Shown: positions 15,325 through 24,661, counted from the first letter of the stretch. The stretch is DNA of 32,000 bases from Acaryochloris thomasi RCC1774 (GCF_003231495.1 NZ_PQWO01000001.1:270001-302000), one strand, 5' to 3'. Notes: a model not told the origin generated them from the letters alone. Translations and numbers: made by a program.

Positions 15325-17349
15325 ATGGTTGTTCAGTTAGGTCGAGACATTTGTGGAGATCTGCCGACTGCAGAGAAAAGAGAATGGCTGATCACCAACG
15401 GCATGGGTGGATATGGAGCAGGCACCGTCGCTGGGCTGTTGACCCGACGCTATCACGGTCTATTGGTTGCAGCCCTGAAGCCGCCGCTGGAGCGCACGTT
15501 ACTGCTGACTAAGCTCGATGAGAGCGTTGATTATCAAGGGAAAGTCTACGAACTGGCGACAAACCGCTGGGCAGACGGCACGGTTGCACCGCAGGGCTAT
15601 CAGAATATTGAGCAGTTCCAGCTAGAAGGCAGCATCCCGTTATGGAAGTATGCCTGCGGGGAGGCACTGCTAGAGAAGCGAGTCTGGATGCAGCCGGGAG
15701 CTAATACGACCTATATTCACTATTGTCTCAAACGGGCCAGTGCGCCGCTCACCCTGACGATTAAAGCGTTCGTCAACACCCGCGATCATCACCATGAAAC
15801 GCGGGGGCAAGACTGGCAGATGCAAATCGCGCCTGTGCCTCATGGCGTTCGTGTGTCTCCGTTTGAGGAGGCAACCTCTTTCTCACTGCTCTGTGATCGA
15901 GGCGAGGTGAAAGCTGAACATCTATGGCACAGCGGTTTCGATATGTCCCTAGAACGATACCGAGGGCTGGGCGATCGCGATGACAACCTTCACTCCACAA
16001 CGATTGCGATTACGCTTCAGCCTGGGGAGACACTGACGATTGTGGCCAGCACTGAGAGCGATCCGAAGTTAGATGGCAAAGTGGCTCTCTCAGAGCGTCG
16101 TGCCCACGAGCAAAGGCTGTTAGCAAGTTGGAAGGTGGTCTCTCCCACTAAAGCAACAGCCCCTTGGATTGATCAGCTCATTTTGGCTGCGGATCAGTTT
16201 GTTGTGGATCGTCCATTGCCAGAAGCACCAGAGGGTAAAACCATCATTGCCGGATATCCCTGGTTTGGCGATTGGGGACGCGACACGATGATTAGCCTAT
16301 CGGGGCTGACGCTGACGACGGGGCGCGCTGAGATTGCTCGCACCATTATTCACACCTTTGCCCAATACCTCGATCAGGGAATGCTGCCCAATGTTTTCCC
16401 TGAAGTGGGAGAGGAACCCGGTTACAACACCGTCGATGCGATTCTTTGGTACTTCGAGGCGATCCGTGAATACTATGCGGCAACCAGAGATGATGCGCTA
16501 CTCGAAGAAATCTATCCAGCCTTAACAGAGGTGATTGCTTGGCATCAAAAGGGGACTCGCTACGCCATTCACTTGGATGACGATGGCTTGATCTATGCCG
16601 GGGAAGCAGGCGTTCAGCTCACCTGGATGGATGCCAAGGTTGGCGATTGGGTGGTGACGCCTCGCGTGGGTAAGCCAATTGAGATTAATGCTCTTTGGTA
16701 CAGCGCTCTGCGAATGATGGCGCAGTTGGCGCAACGGTTGGGTAAGCCCCACCAATCGTTTCAGGATATGGCTGAGCAGACCCGATCTGGCTTTCAGCGG
16801 TTTTGGTCGGCTGATCTGGGCTACTGCTATGACGTGTTGGATGGACCCGAGGGTAATGATGAGGCCCTACGTCCGAATCAGATTTTTGCGGTTTCTTTGC
16901 CAATGGCGTCGGGGCAAATTGGGAGTACTCCGCTACTCTCTCCTGATCAACAGCGGGCGGTGGTGGATATTTGCGGGCGGTCACTGCTGACTTCTGTGGG
17001 GTTGAGATCGCTTTCTCCAGCTCACCCAGACTATACAGGGCATTACGGAGGGGATCAGCTCAGTCGCGATGGTGTATATCACCAGGGCACGACGTGGGGC
17101 TGGCTGTTGGGGCCTTATGTACAGGCTCATATACAGGTATACAAAGATGCAGAGCAGGCGCGATCGCTCTTAGAGCCAATGGCGGATCATCTATCGGCTC
17201 ACGGTCTCGGAAGCATTAGCGAAATCTTTGATGGAGATGCGCCGTTTGTTCCCCGAGGCTGTTTTGCTCAGGCTTGGTCAGTGGCGGAGACTTTGCGAGC
17301 GTGGGTGGCTGTGGAGCGTTTTGCGAATGGAGCAGAGCAAGACAGATGA
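15325..17349 (+). CDS. Glycogen debranching enzyme, archaeal type (amylo-alpha-1,6-glucosidase family)
   Basis: 674 aa. The N-terminal motif is TNGMGGYGAGTVAGLLTRRYHGLL and the catalytic-domain motif is AGYPWFGDWGRDTMISL. Confidence 0.8.
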   Translation: MVVQLGRDICGDLPTAEKREWLITNGMGGYGAGTVAGLLTRRYHGLLVAALKPPLERTLLLTKLDESVDYQGKVYELATNRWADGTVAPQGYQNIEQFQLEGSIPLWKYACGEALLEKRVWMQPGANTTYIHYCLKRASAPLTLTIKAFVNTRDHHHETRGQDWQMQIAPVPHGVRVSPFEEATSFSLLCDRGEVKAEHLWHSGFDMSLERYRGLGDRDDNLHSTTIAITLQPGETLTIVASTESDPKLDGKVALSERRAHEQRLLASWKVVSPTKATAPWIDQLILAADQFVVDRPLPEAPEGKTIIAGYPWFGDWGRDTMISLSGLTLTTGRAEIARTIIHTFAQYLDQGMLPNVFPEVGEEPGYNTVDAILWYFEAIREYYAATRDDALLEEIYPALTEVIAWHQKGTRYAIHLDDDGLIYAGEAGVQLTWMDAKVGDWVVTPRVGKPIEINALWYSALRMMAQLAQRLGKPHQSFQDMAEQTRSGFQRFWSADLGYCYDVLDGPEGNDEALRPNQIFAVSLPMASGQIGSTPLLSPDQQRAVVDICGRSLLTSVGLRSLSPAHPDYTGHYGGDQLSRDGVYHQGTTWGWLLGPYVQAHIQVYKDAEQARSLLEPMADHLSAHGLGSISEIFDGDAPFVPRGCFAQAWSVAETLRAWVAVERFANGAEQDR

Positions 17350-17477
17350 AGAAGCGCGTGCAATTCTGCCAGATCCTACAGAGGCTTTTGTATGCACCGT
17401 AACCGACGTCTGATGGAATAAAGCTGAACACTTGAACATATCCACTTTTTTTCGTTGTTTTAGATAGAGATGCCACC

Positions 17478-20141
17478 ATGACCACTCCCGAAGAACAACG
17501 TCTGACAGAAAACCGCGATCGCATCTCCTATTGGAAGCGCTGGGGCCCCTATCTCAGCGAACGCCAGTGGGGCACGGTGCGCGAAGACTACAGCGCCTAC
17601 GGCGAAGCCTGGGATTATTTCTCTCACGATCAGGCCCGCTCAAGAGCCTATCGCTGGGGCGAGGATGGCTTGCTGGGCATCTCTGACAATCATCAACGCC
17701 TCTGTTTTGCCTTAGCGCTGTGGAATGGGGAAGACCCCATCTTAAAAGAGCGTCTTTATGGCCTAACCGGCAGCCAAGGCAACCACGGCGAAGATGTTAA
17801 AGAATACTACTTTTACCTCGACAGCACGCCGACCCATTCCTACATGAAGGGGTTGTACAAGTATCCGCAGGCCGCATTTCCCTATCAATGGCTTGAGGAG
17901 GAGAACCGCCAGCGCGGACGCGATGGGATGGAGTTTGAGCTGTTGGATACAGGGATATTCAACGAAGATCGCTACTTTGATGTGATGGTGGAGTACGCAA
18001 AAGCATCCTCTGAAGATATTTTGATGCGAATTAGCGTTACCAATCGCGGCCCGGAGACGAAAACGCTGCACCTGTTGCCGACGCTGTGGTTCCGCAATAC
18101 TTGGGCCTGGGACGAAACAACCTCGGAACCGTTTTTGAAAGCTAAGGATCCGCAGACGGTTCAGGTGTCTCACCCTGATTTAGGCGAACGCTGGTGGACC
18201 TGCTCAAAAGCAGCCGATCTACTGTTTACAAATAATGAGACCAATTTTGAGCGTCTATTCCAGACGGAGAATGCCAGCCCCTATGTGAAAGATGGCATTC
18301 ATAACTACGTTGTTCAGGGGCAAAAGGAAGCCGTTAATCCTGAGCGGGTGGGGACGAAGGCTGCGGCGTATTATCCGCTGACGATTGGGGCTGGGGAGAC
18401 TCAAGTGGTAGAGCTGCGGTTGAGTGACCGGGATGATAGTGGAGGAAGTGATTTTGAGGCGGTGTTTTGCGATCGCATCTCTGAAGCCGACGAGTTCTAC
18501 GCCACCGTCACCCCAAGCTGCACGAAAGATCTCTGCAATATCCAGCGCCAAGCCTTTGCAGGACTGCTGTGGACGAAGCAGTACTACCATTTCATTGTCG
18601 AGGACTGGCTCCAGGGTGACCCCAACAACCCTGAGCCGCCGGAAGGTCACCAAAAAGGACGCAACAGTCAGTGGAAACATCTCCACGCCGACGACATTAT
18701 TTCGATGCCTGACAAGTGGGAGTACCCTTGGTTTGCCGCCTGGGACTCAGCCTTCCATGCCATTCCTTTAGCTTTAGTAGATGCTGAGTTTGCCAAAAAG
18801 CAGCTCGATCTGATGACGCGGGAATGGTATATGCATCCCAACGGTCAGCTTCCTGCCTATGAATGGGCCTTCAGCGACGTGAATCCGCCGGTTCATGCCT
18901 GGGCCACTTGGCGCATATACAAGATTGAACAGAAACGAAAAGGGAAAGGCGATCGCAAGTTCCTAGAGCGCGTCTTTCAGAAACTATTGCTTAACTTCAC
19001 CTGGTGGGTGAACCGCAAGGATGTCGAAGGCAACAACGTCTTTGAGGGCGGCTTTCTAGGACTCGATAATATTGGCGTCTTCGACCGCAGTTCCCCGTTG
19101 CCAACCGGCGGATTTATCGAGCAGGCCGACGGCACGAGCTGGATGGGGATGTACTGCTTGAATATGCTGGCGATCGCGCTAGAGCTTGCCGTAGAGAATT
19201 CGGTCTACGAGGACATGGCGACCAAATTCTTTGAGCATTTCTTGTACATTGCCGAGGCCATGAACCACGTTGGTGGCGACGGCACCCAACTCTGGGATGA
19301 AGAAGATGGCTTTTTTTATGATGTTTTGCACCTACCCAATAACGACCGGCTTCCTCTCAAGGTGCGATCGATGGTGGGCCTGATTCCGCTGTTTGCAGTG
19401 ACGGTTCTAGAACCCGAAATGTTGGAGAAGGTGCCTGCGTTCAAGAAGCGACTGGAATGGTTTATTCAGCACCGGCCCGATCTGAAAACGAACGTCGCCT
19501 GCATGGAAACTCAGGGCATGGAGGCACGTAGACTGCTGGCGCTGTGCTACCTCACGCCCAACAAAGTGGTTTCAGAAGATCGCTTCCGCCGCATTTTGGA
19601 GAAGCTTTTGGACGAGACCGAGTTCTTCGGTGACTACGGCATTCGGGCACTGTCTCGCCACCACGCTGAACATCCCTACATTTTTGAGGTGGATGGTGAA
19701 GAGCATCGAGTGGATTACGAACCGGCAGAATCTAGTAGCGGCTTGTTTGGCGGCAATTCGAATTGGCGCGGCCCCGTGTGGTTCCCGGTCAACTATTTGC
19801 TGATTGAATCGCTGCAAAAGTTTCATCACTACGTTGGCGATGACTTTAAGGTGGAATGTCCTACAGGGTCCGGTCACATGATGACGCTCTGGGAGGTTGC
19901 GGCTGAAATTTCCCGGCGATTGATGCGGATTTTTACCCAAGATAAAGCCGGTCAGCGTCCGGTGTATGGCGCGATTGATACCTTTCAAAACAATCTCGAT
20001 TGGAAAGACTATATCCAGTTCCATGAATATTTCCACGGCGATAATGGAGCGGGCATTGGGGCAAGTCATCAAACGGGCTGGACTGGATTGATTGCTAAGT
20101 TGATTCAGCAAAACGGAGAAACGATGGGTGAGGATCTTTAA
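17478..20141 (+). CDS. GH63 / MGH1-like glycoside hydrolase (glucosidase)
   Basis: 887 aa with [50 protein letters not shown], typical of the large bacterial and fungal MGH1-like GH63 proteins. Confidence 0.75.
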   Translation: MTTPEEQRLTENRDRISYWKRWGPYLSERQWGTVREDYSAYGEAWDYFSHDQARSRAYRWGEDGLLGISDNHQRLCFALALWNGEDPILKERLYGLTGSQGNHGEDVKEYYFYLDSTPTHSYMKGLYKYPQAAFPYQWLEEENRQRGRDGMEFELLDTGIFNEDRYFDVMVEYAKASSEDILMRISVTNRGPETKTLHLLPTLWFRNTWAWDETTSEPFLKAKDPQTVQVSHPDLGERWWTCSKAADLLFTNNETNFERLFQTENASPYVKDGIHNYVVQGQKEAVNPERVGTKAAAYYPLTIGAGETQVVELRLSDRDDSGGSDFEAVFCDRISEADEFYATVTPSCTKDLCNIQRQAFAGLLWTKQYYHFIVEDWLQGDPNNPEPPEGHQKGRNSQWKHLHADDIISMPDKWEYPWFAAWDSAFHAIPLALVDAEFAKKQLDLMTREWYMHPNGQLPAYEWAFSDVNPPVHAWATWRIYKIEQKRKGKGDRKFLERVFQKLLLNFTWWVNRKDVEGNNVFEGGFLGLDNIGVFDRSSPLPTGGFIEQADGTSWMGMYCLNMLAIALELAVENSVYEDMATKFFEHFLYIAEAMNHVGGDGTQLWDEEDGFFYDVLHLPNNDRLPLKVRSMVGLIPLFAVTVLEPEMLEKVPAFKKRLEWFIQHRPDLKTNVACMETQGMEARRLLALCYLTPNKVVSEDRFRRILEKLLDETEFFGDYGIRALSRHHAEHPYIFEVDGEEHRVDYEPAESSSGLFGGNSNWRGPVWFPVNYLLIESLQKFHHYVGDDFKVECPTGSGHMMTLWEVAAEISRRLMRIFTQDKAGQRPVYGAIDTFQNNLDWKDYIQFHEYFHGDNGAGIGASHQTGWTGLIAKLIQQNGETMGEDL

Positions 20142-20220
20142 GGGAATGGCGTTGCGATTTCATTCTTTGAAAAGCTGCTATTTATACAGGCTTGTCGATG
20201 AGACTCGTTCAACTCTGCAT

Positions 20221-20382
20221 TGGCCCCCCCGGCCCCCCAACTCTGGGGGGAGAGTCTCAACGGCTGGGCTATTTCCCTGAAAGTTGATGCTGTCGTCGAA
20301 ATTATTGGCAACAGCAAAAGTCTGACGGAAGAATCTGCGGCGTTAGGCCGTCCCCCCCAGAATTGGGGGGCTAGGGGGGCCA
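20221..20382. repeat. MITE-like element. Two inverted copies of a roughly 31-bp G6/C6 hairpin module flank about 100 bp.
   Basis: The left copy, 20221-20251, is TGGCCCCCCCGGCCCCCCAACTCTGGGGGGA. The reverse complement of the right copy, 20351-20382, is TGGCCCCCCTAGCCCCCCAATTCTGGGGGGGA. Each copy can fold on its own as CCCCCC-N6-GGGGGG. Confidence 0.65.
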
Positions 20383-20500
20383 GTGAAATATTGCTCGGCG
20401 CTTTCCGAGACCAGTTTACACATCACTACTCTTCGACTAAAAATCATCCAGGCTTCTTCATCGACAAGCAAAGATAGCGATTAAACGCACGAGAACCAGC

Positions 20501-21334
20501 ATGTTCCAAATCTTTCGAGACCATTGGCCCAACTATCTAATTGAAGCCTGGGGACTAGGCACCTTTATGGTGTCAGCCGGTGTTTTTGCAACGCTCTTAT
20601 ACGCAGAAAATTCGCCCTTGTCCTTTCCCCATCCGCTGTTGCGGGATCTGGTGATGGGGTTGGGTATGGGAGGAACCGCGATCGCAATTATCTATTCCCC
20701 CTGGGGCAAGCGCTCTGGCGCACACATCAATCCCGCCGTGACCCTAACCTTCTTTCATCTCAATAAAATCGCAGCCTGGGATGCATTTTTCTATATCCTA
20801 TTTCAGTTCATCGGAGCATTAGCCGGTGTTTTGCTCGTCGCGGTTGCTCTCGGCTCTCCATTCCAGGAGGCTCCCGTGAATTACGTAGTGACCGTACCGG
20901 GGCAGTGGGGATGGCCTGCAGCCCTAGTGGCAGAGTTTACGATTTCTTTTGTCCTGATGACGATGGTGCTCTGGGTCAGCAACACACCCCAGATTGCTAG
21001 GCTAACGGGACTTTTCTCAGGGATACTTGTAACGCTTTACGTTGTCTTCTCTGCGCCTATTTCTGGCTTTGGCATGAACCCAGCTCGCACCTTTGGCTCA
21101 GCTTTACCCGCTCAGACCTGGACGGCGTTTTGGATTTACTACTTTGCACCGCCGCTAGCAATGCTGTTGGCGGCAGACCTGTATCAGCGGATTACGAAGA
21201 TGAGATCGCACTCCATCTGCAGCAAACTTTGTCCCAACGGTGAAACGCCTTGTATCAGCCCGATCTGCTGTAGTGCATGTGATCAGGTTATCCGGCCCTG
21301 GCGGCAGAAAGAGAAAGTTGATGCTATCTCCTGA
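20501..21334 (+). CDS. MIP/aquaporin-family channel with a Cys-rich C-terminal extension
   Basis: 277 aa with two NPA boxes (SGAHINPAVT, GFGMNPARTF) and six hydrophobic segments. The tail reads SICSKLCPNGETPCISPICCSACDQ. Confidence 0.85.
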   Translation: MFQIFRDHWPNYLIEAWGLGTFMVSAGVFATLLYAENSPLSFPHPLLRDLVMGLGMGGTAIAIIYSPWGKRSGAHINPAVTLTFFHLNKIAAWDAFFYILFQFIGALAGVLLVAVALGSPFQEAPVNYVVTVPGQWGWPAALVAEFTISFVLMTMVLWVSNTPQIARLTGLFSGILVTLYVVFSAPISGFGMNPARTFGSALPAQTWTAFWIYYFAPPLAMLLAADLYQRITKMRSHSICSKLCPNGETPCISPICCSACDQVIRPWRQKEKVDAIS

Positions 21335-21348
21335 CGGCTATCGGCTTT

Positions 21349-21376
21349 CCTCCCAGAATTATGGAGCCAGGGGGCC
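21349..21376. repeat. Degenerate solo copy of the G6/C6 hairpin module
   Basis: CCTCCCAGAATTATGGAGCCAGGGGGCC compared with CCCCCCAGAATTGGGGGGCTAGGGGGGCC at 20353-20381, in the same orientation. Confidence 0.5.
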
Positions 21377-21447
21377 AGGACAAAACGTTGTATATAAGAC
21401 GTTAGAGCCATCATCTGTGTATATGTGTATACGTGAGGAAACGACGA

Positions 21448-22764
21448 ATGCTCCAAGATCTCAAACAAATTCAGAATCCGATTGCTCGCAGTGCGACAGC
21501 AGGTATTACCGTATCGTCCTTTATCCTGATTGCCGGTGTATTGGGACTTGGATTTTTTAAGCTTAAAGAGACCCACAAAATAGCGGTCTTAGGAGCAGCG
21601 GCAGGAGGAGGAGTGGGTGCGATCGCAGGTGCCGTCGTTGCCCCCACAAAAACAAAGTCGAAAACATCCCGACCACAGCCAAACGTTGCAGAGGACGGCT
21701 GGAAAGATTGGCGGCCCTTCGTCGTCCGTCGCAAAGTCAAAGAAAGCGAAGAGATCACTTCGTTCTATCTGGAACCTCAAGATGGTGGCCCCCTCCCAGG
21801 CTTCAAACCCGGACAGTTCCTAACGATCCAGCTCGACATCCCCAGACAGCCTCGGCCTGTGATTCGAACTTATTCACTCTCAGACTATGCCCAGACACCC
21901 AAATATTACCGACTCTCGATTAAGCGAGAACCAGCCCCCAAAGATCTAGACGTGCCACCCGGCTTGGCCTCTAACTTCATGCATGATCAGGTCCATGAAG
22001 GAACCGTTCTACCTGCCAAGCCCCCCAATGGGAAATTCTTCCTTGACCTCAACAAAAACGCACCCGCCGTCTTAATCAGCAATGGCGTTGGCATCACGCC
22101 CATGATCAGCATGGCAAAGGCCTGCAAACTTCAGGGCGGAGATCGGCCCGTCTGGTTTTTACACGGCGCGAGAAACGGTCAGTTCCATGCCCTACGCGAA
22201 GAGGTAAATAATATTGGCGTCAACGTTCACTATCGCTACAGTCGCCCTCGCCCTGAAGATGAAGGCCAATATCAAAGCACGGGCTATATCGATGCAGACC
22301 TGATTAAAACGGAGGTCTCACCGGCTCTCCAAAACGCATCTTTAGCCACGGCAGAATACTTTTTGTGTGGTTCACCACCCTTTATGGATGGCATTCGAGC
22401 GGGGCTACGAGACCTAGGCGTACCGGATGAAAACGTTTACTTTGAATCCTTTAGCAAACCCAAAGCGAAGGTCGAGACCTCAGAGGAGCCAGAGGGTGCA
22501 GTAGCAACGGCAGAAGTTGTATTCGCAACCTCAGGTAAAACCCTGACCTGGAAACCCAGCGACGGCACCCTGCTGGAGTTCGCGGAAGCCAACAACATCG
22601 ATCCGCCCTATAGCTGCCGCGCGGGCATCTGCCTCACCTGCATGTGCTCAATCCAGGAAGGGGAGGTGGCCTACGACGAAGAGCCGACCGGAACGCCAGA
22701 CGAAGGCTCGGTGCTGATCTGTATTTCTAAGCCAGGAACGGAGCGGGTCGTACTAGACCTTTAA
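21448..22764 (+). CDS. Membrane-anchored FNR-like flavin reductase with C-terminal plant-type 2Fe-2S ferredoxin domain (PDR/VanB-type architecture)
   Basis: RTYSLSD flavin-binding motif, SNGVGITPM nucleotide-binding motif, and C-terminal CRAGICLTCMC...LIC cluster ligands. The N-terminus has a hydrophobic helix (ITVSSFILIAGVLGLGFF) and a G/A-rich segment. The ATG at 21448 has GAGGA 6 nt upstream. The track's GTG at 21433 is the alternative start. Confidence 0.75.
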   Translation: MLQDLKQIQNPIARSATAGITVSSFILIAGVLGLGFFKLKETHKIAVLGAAAGGGVGAIAGAVVAPTKTKSKTSRPQPNVAEDGWKDWRPFVVRRKVKESEEITSFYLEPQDGGPLPGFKPGQFLTIQLDIPRQPRPVIRTYSLSDYAQTPKYYRLSIKREPAPKDLDVPPGLASNFMHDQVHEGTVLPAKPPNGKFFLDLNKNAPAVLISNGVGITPMISMAKACKLQGGDRPVWFLHGARNGQFHALREEVNNIGVNVHYRYSRPRPEDEGQYQSTGYIDADLIKTEVSPALQNASLATAEYFLCGSPPFMDGIRAGLRDLGVPDENVYFESFSKPKAKVETSEEPEGAVATAEVVFATSGKTLTWKPSDGTLLEFAEANNIDPPYSCRAGICLTCMCSIQEGEVAYDEEPTGTPDEGSVLICISKPGTERVVLDL

Positions 22765-22795
22765 GTTCCTACCTATTGCAACTGAGGAGAACTGG

Positions 22796-24331
22796 ATGAG
22801 TGAGCATTACGACATCATCATCGTCGGGACTGGTGCAGGGGGCGGAACCCTCGCCCATCGCCTAGCACCCAGCGGTAAGAAAATACTCGTCCTCGAACGG
22901 GGTGAATTTTTGCCCCGCGAAAAAGCAAACTGGGATGCGGTGGAGGTGTTCCAAAAGGAGCGCTATCACACCGATGAGATCTGGCAGGACAAAGATCGCA
23001 GAGTGCTGCACCCCGGTACGGGCTATAACGTCGGTGGCAATACCAAGGTCTACGGCGGTGCCCTGTTTCGCCTGCGGGAGCGCGACTTTGAGCAAATTAC
23101 TCACCACGGCGGTATTTCGCCTGAGTGGCCGCTGAAGTATCGAGATTTTGAACCCTATTATGATCAGGCTGAACAGCTCTATCAAGTGCATGGGCAGCAG
23201 GGACTCGACCCCACTGAACCGGCTCGGAAAGCGGACTATACTTTCCCTCCCATCAGCCATGAACCTCGCATTCAAGACATTCACTATCGGCTGGCGGATA
23301 AGGGACTAAACCCCTTTTATTTACCACTGGCGATTCGGCTCAATGAGGTCAATCAGCTCATGAGCGACTGTATTCGGTGTAATACCTGTGATGGCTTCCC
23401 CTGCATGGTTAAAGGGAAATCTGATTCTGATATCACCTGTATTCAGCCTGCGATGAATGCTGATAATCTGACGCTGCTCACAGGGGCGATGGTGCGGCGG
23501 CTTAAGACGAGTGCCTCAGGTAAAGAGGTTACGGGTGTCGAGGTTGAAATTGAGGGGGAACTAGAAACGTTCTCGGCCAATATTGTGGTGGTGGCTTGCG
23601 GAGCAATCAATTCGGCAGTTTTGTTGTTGCGATCGCAAACCGACCAACATCCCAACGGCCTCGCCAACGGCTCCGATCAGGTGGGGCGCAACTTCATGAA
23701 GCACCAGAACGGGGCGATTGTGGGCATCAGCCGCAAGCCCAATCCGTCAGTCTTCCAAAAAACGCTGGCGATTAACGACTACTACTGGGGCGAAGAGGGC
23801 TTTGACTACCCAATGGGCCACGTGCAGCTTTTGGGCAAAGTCAACAAAGACATGATGGTCTTAGATGCGCCGAAGTTGTCTCCAGGGATGGCGCTAGATG
23901 AGGCAGCAAAGCACTCTGTTGATTGGTGGTTGACCGCAGAAGACTTGCCGGAAGCAACCAATCGAGTTCGACTCCAGGATGACAAGATTACGCTGGAGTA
24001 CACCGATAACAATACAGAGGCATTTAATCGTCTTTCTAACCGCTGGACGCATGTACTGAAATCGATTGAATGTGGCGACACGATCATGCCCTGTTCACTT
24101 TATTTCCGGAAGCGTATTCCTTTGCAAGGGGTGGCGCACCAGGTTGGAACCTGTCGATTTGGCACAGATCCTAAGACTTCTGTTTTGGATCTCAACTGTC
24201 GTGCTCATGAAGTAGACAACCTCTATGTTGTTGATGGCAGCTTTTTCCCGTCTAGCGGAGCGGTCAATCCTTCCCTAACGATTATGGCGAATGCAATGCG
24301 GGTTGGCGATCACCTACTGAAAAAACTTTAG
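22796..24331 (+). CDS. GMC-family FAD-dependent oxidoreductase with an internal Cys4 motif
   Basis: 511 aa with the N-terminal dinucleotide fold DIIIVGTGAGGGTLA, the C-terminal GMC signature GTCRFG...NLYVVDGSFFPSSGAVNPSLTIMA, and CIRCNTCDGFPC at aa 192-203. GAGGAG precedes the ATG. Confidence 0.8.
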   Translation: MSEHYDIIIVGTGAGGGTLAHRLAPSGKKILVLERGEFLPREKANWDAVEVFQKERYHTDEIWQDKDRRVLHPGTGYNVGGNTKVYGGALFRLRERDFEQITHHGGISPEWPLKYRDFEPYYDQAEQLYQVHGQQGLDPTEPARKADYTFPPISHEPRIQDIHYRLADKGLNPFYLPLAIRLNEVNQLMSDCIRCNTCDGFPCMVKGKSDSDITCIQPAMNADNLTLLTGAMVRRLKTSASGKEVTGVEVEIEGELETFSANIVVVACGAINSAVLLLRSQTDQHPNGLANGSDQVGRNFMKHQNGAIVGISRKPNPSVFQKTLAINDYYWGEEGFDYPMGHVQLLGKVNKDMMVLDAPKLSPGMALDEAAKHSVDWWLTAEDLPEATNRVRLQDDKITLEYTDNNTEAFNRLSNRWTHVLKSIECGDTIMPCSLYFRKRIPLQGVAHQVGTCRFGTDPKTSVLDLNCRAHEVDNLYVVDGSFFPSSGAVNPSLTIMANAMRVGDHLLKKL

Positions 24332-24427
24332 ATTCGCTGCTGATACGATTTTGTTTTCAACCGATAGAGATCAGTCGCATATGCATCAACTAAAATTGTG
24401 ATATATATTTCCCACGGTGTAACTGCC

Positions 24428-24661
24428 ATGACCCTACAGGAACTACAGCAAGCAGTCTACCAATTGTCATCTGAAGAGCAGTTTGTACTTCTAGAAAGTC
24501 TAGTTCAGGCCCTGAAAGCTAAGCGACAAGACCCCGTTGACCGTCAGGCTCTAGTTAGTCAACTACGAGGCTGTCTCAAGCAACCCGGTCAGCCTGCCCC
24601 CTCAGATGCCGATCTCGAATCAATGCGGGAAGAACGCCTTGTGGAGAAATATCTTGCGTGA
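24428..24661 (+). CDS. Type II antitoxin (small helical addiction-module component, VapB-like role)
   Basis: MTLQELQQAVYQLSSEEQFVLLESLVQALKAK... Its stop overlaps the toxin start by 4 bp (GTGA). The ATG at 24428 is preferred over the ATG at 24398 used in the track. Confidence 0.65.
   Translation: MTLQELQQAVYQLSSEEQFVLLESLVQALKAKRQDPVDRQALVSQLRGCLKQPGQPAPSDADLESMREERLVEKYLA

Noticed and set aside
17216-17524. ORF 17216-17524 (-) bridging the debranching-enzyme and GH63 genes, and ORF 17228-17413 (+)
   Set aside because: They overlap both well-supported flanking genes in antisense or out of frame, and nothing supports them as coding.
20220-20477. 85-aa ORF (TTG start) over the G6/C6 repeat element
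   Set aside because: The reading frame comes from translating the inverted hairpin repeats (PPAPQLWGE / PPQNWGARG). It has no RBS and a non-canonical start, so I treat it as a repeat and not a gene.
20221-21376. Whether the three G/C-rich repeat copies form a CRISPR array
   Set aside because: There are only three copies. Two of them are inverted relative to each other, the spacing is irregular (about 100 bp and about 970 bp), a gene lies between them, and there are no cas genes.
21240-21923. ORFs 21240-21560 (+), 21283-21576 (-), 21471-21758 (-), 21589-21780 (-), 21617-21823 (+) and 21708-21923 (+)
   Set aside because: They overlap the MIP C-terminus or the reductase N-terminus in other frames. 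The reductase frame is fixed by its downstream flavin and Fe-S motifs.
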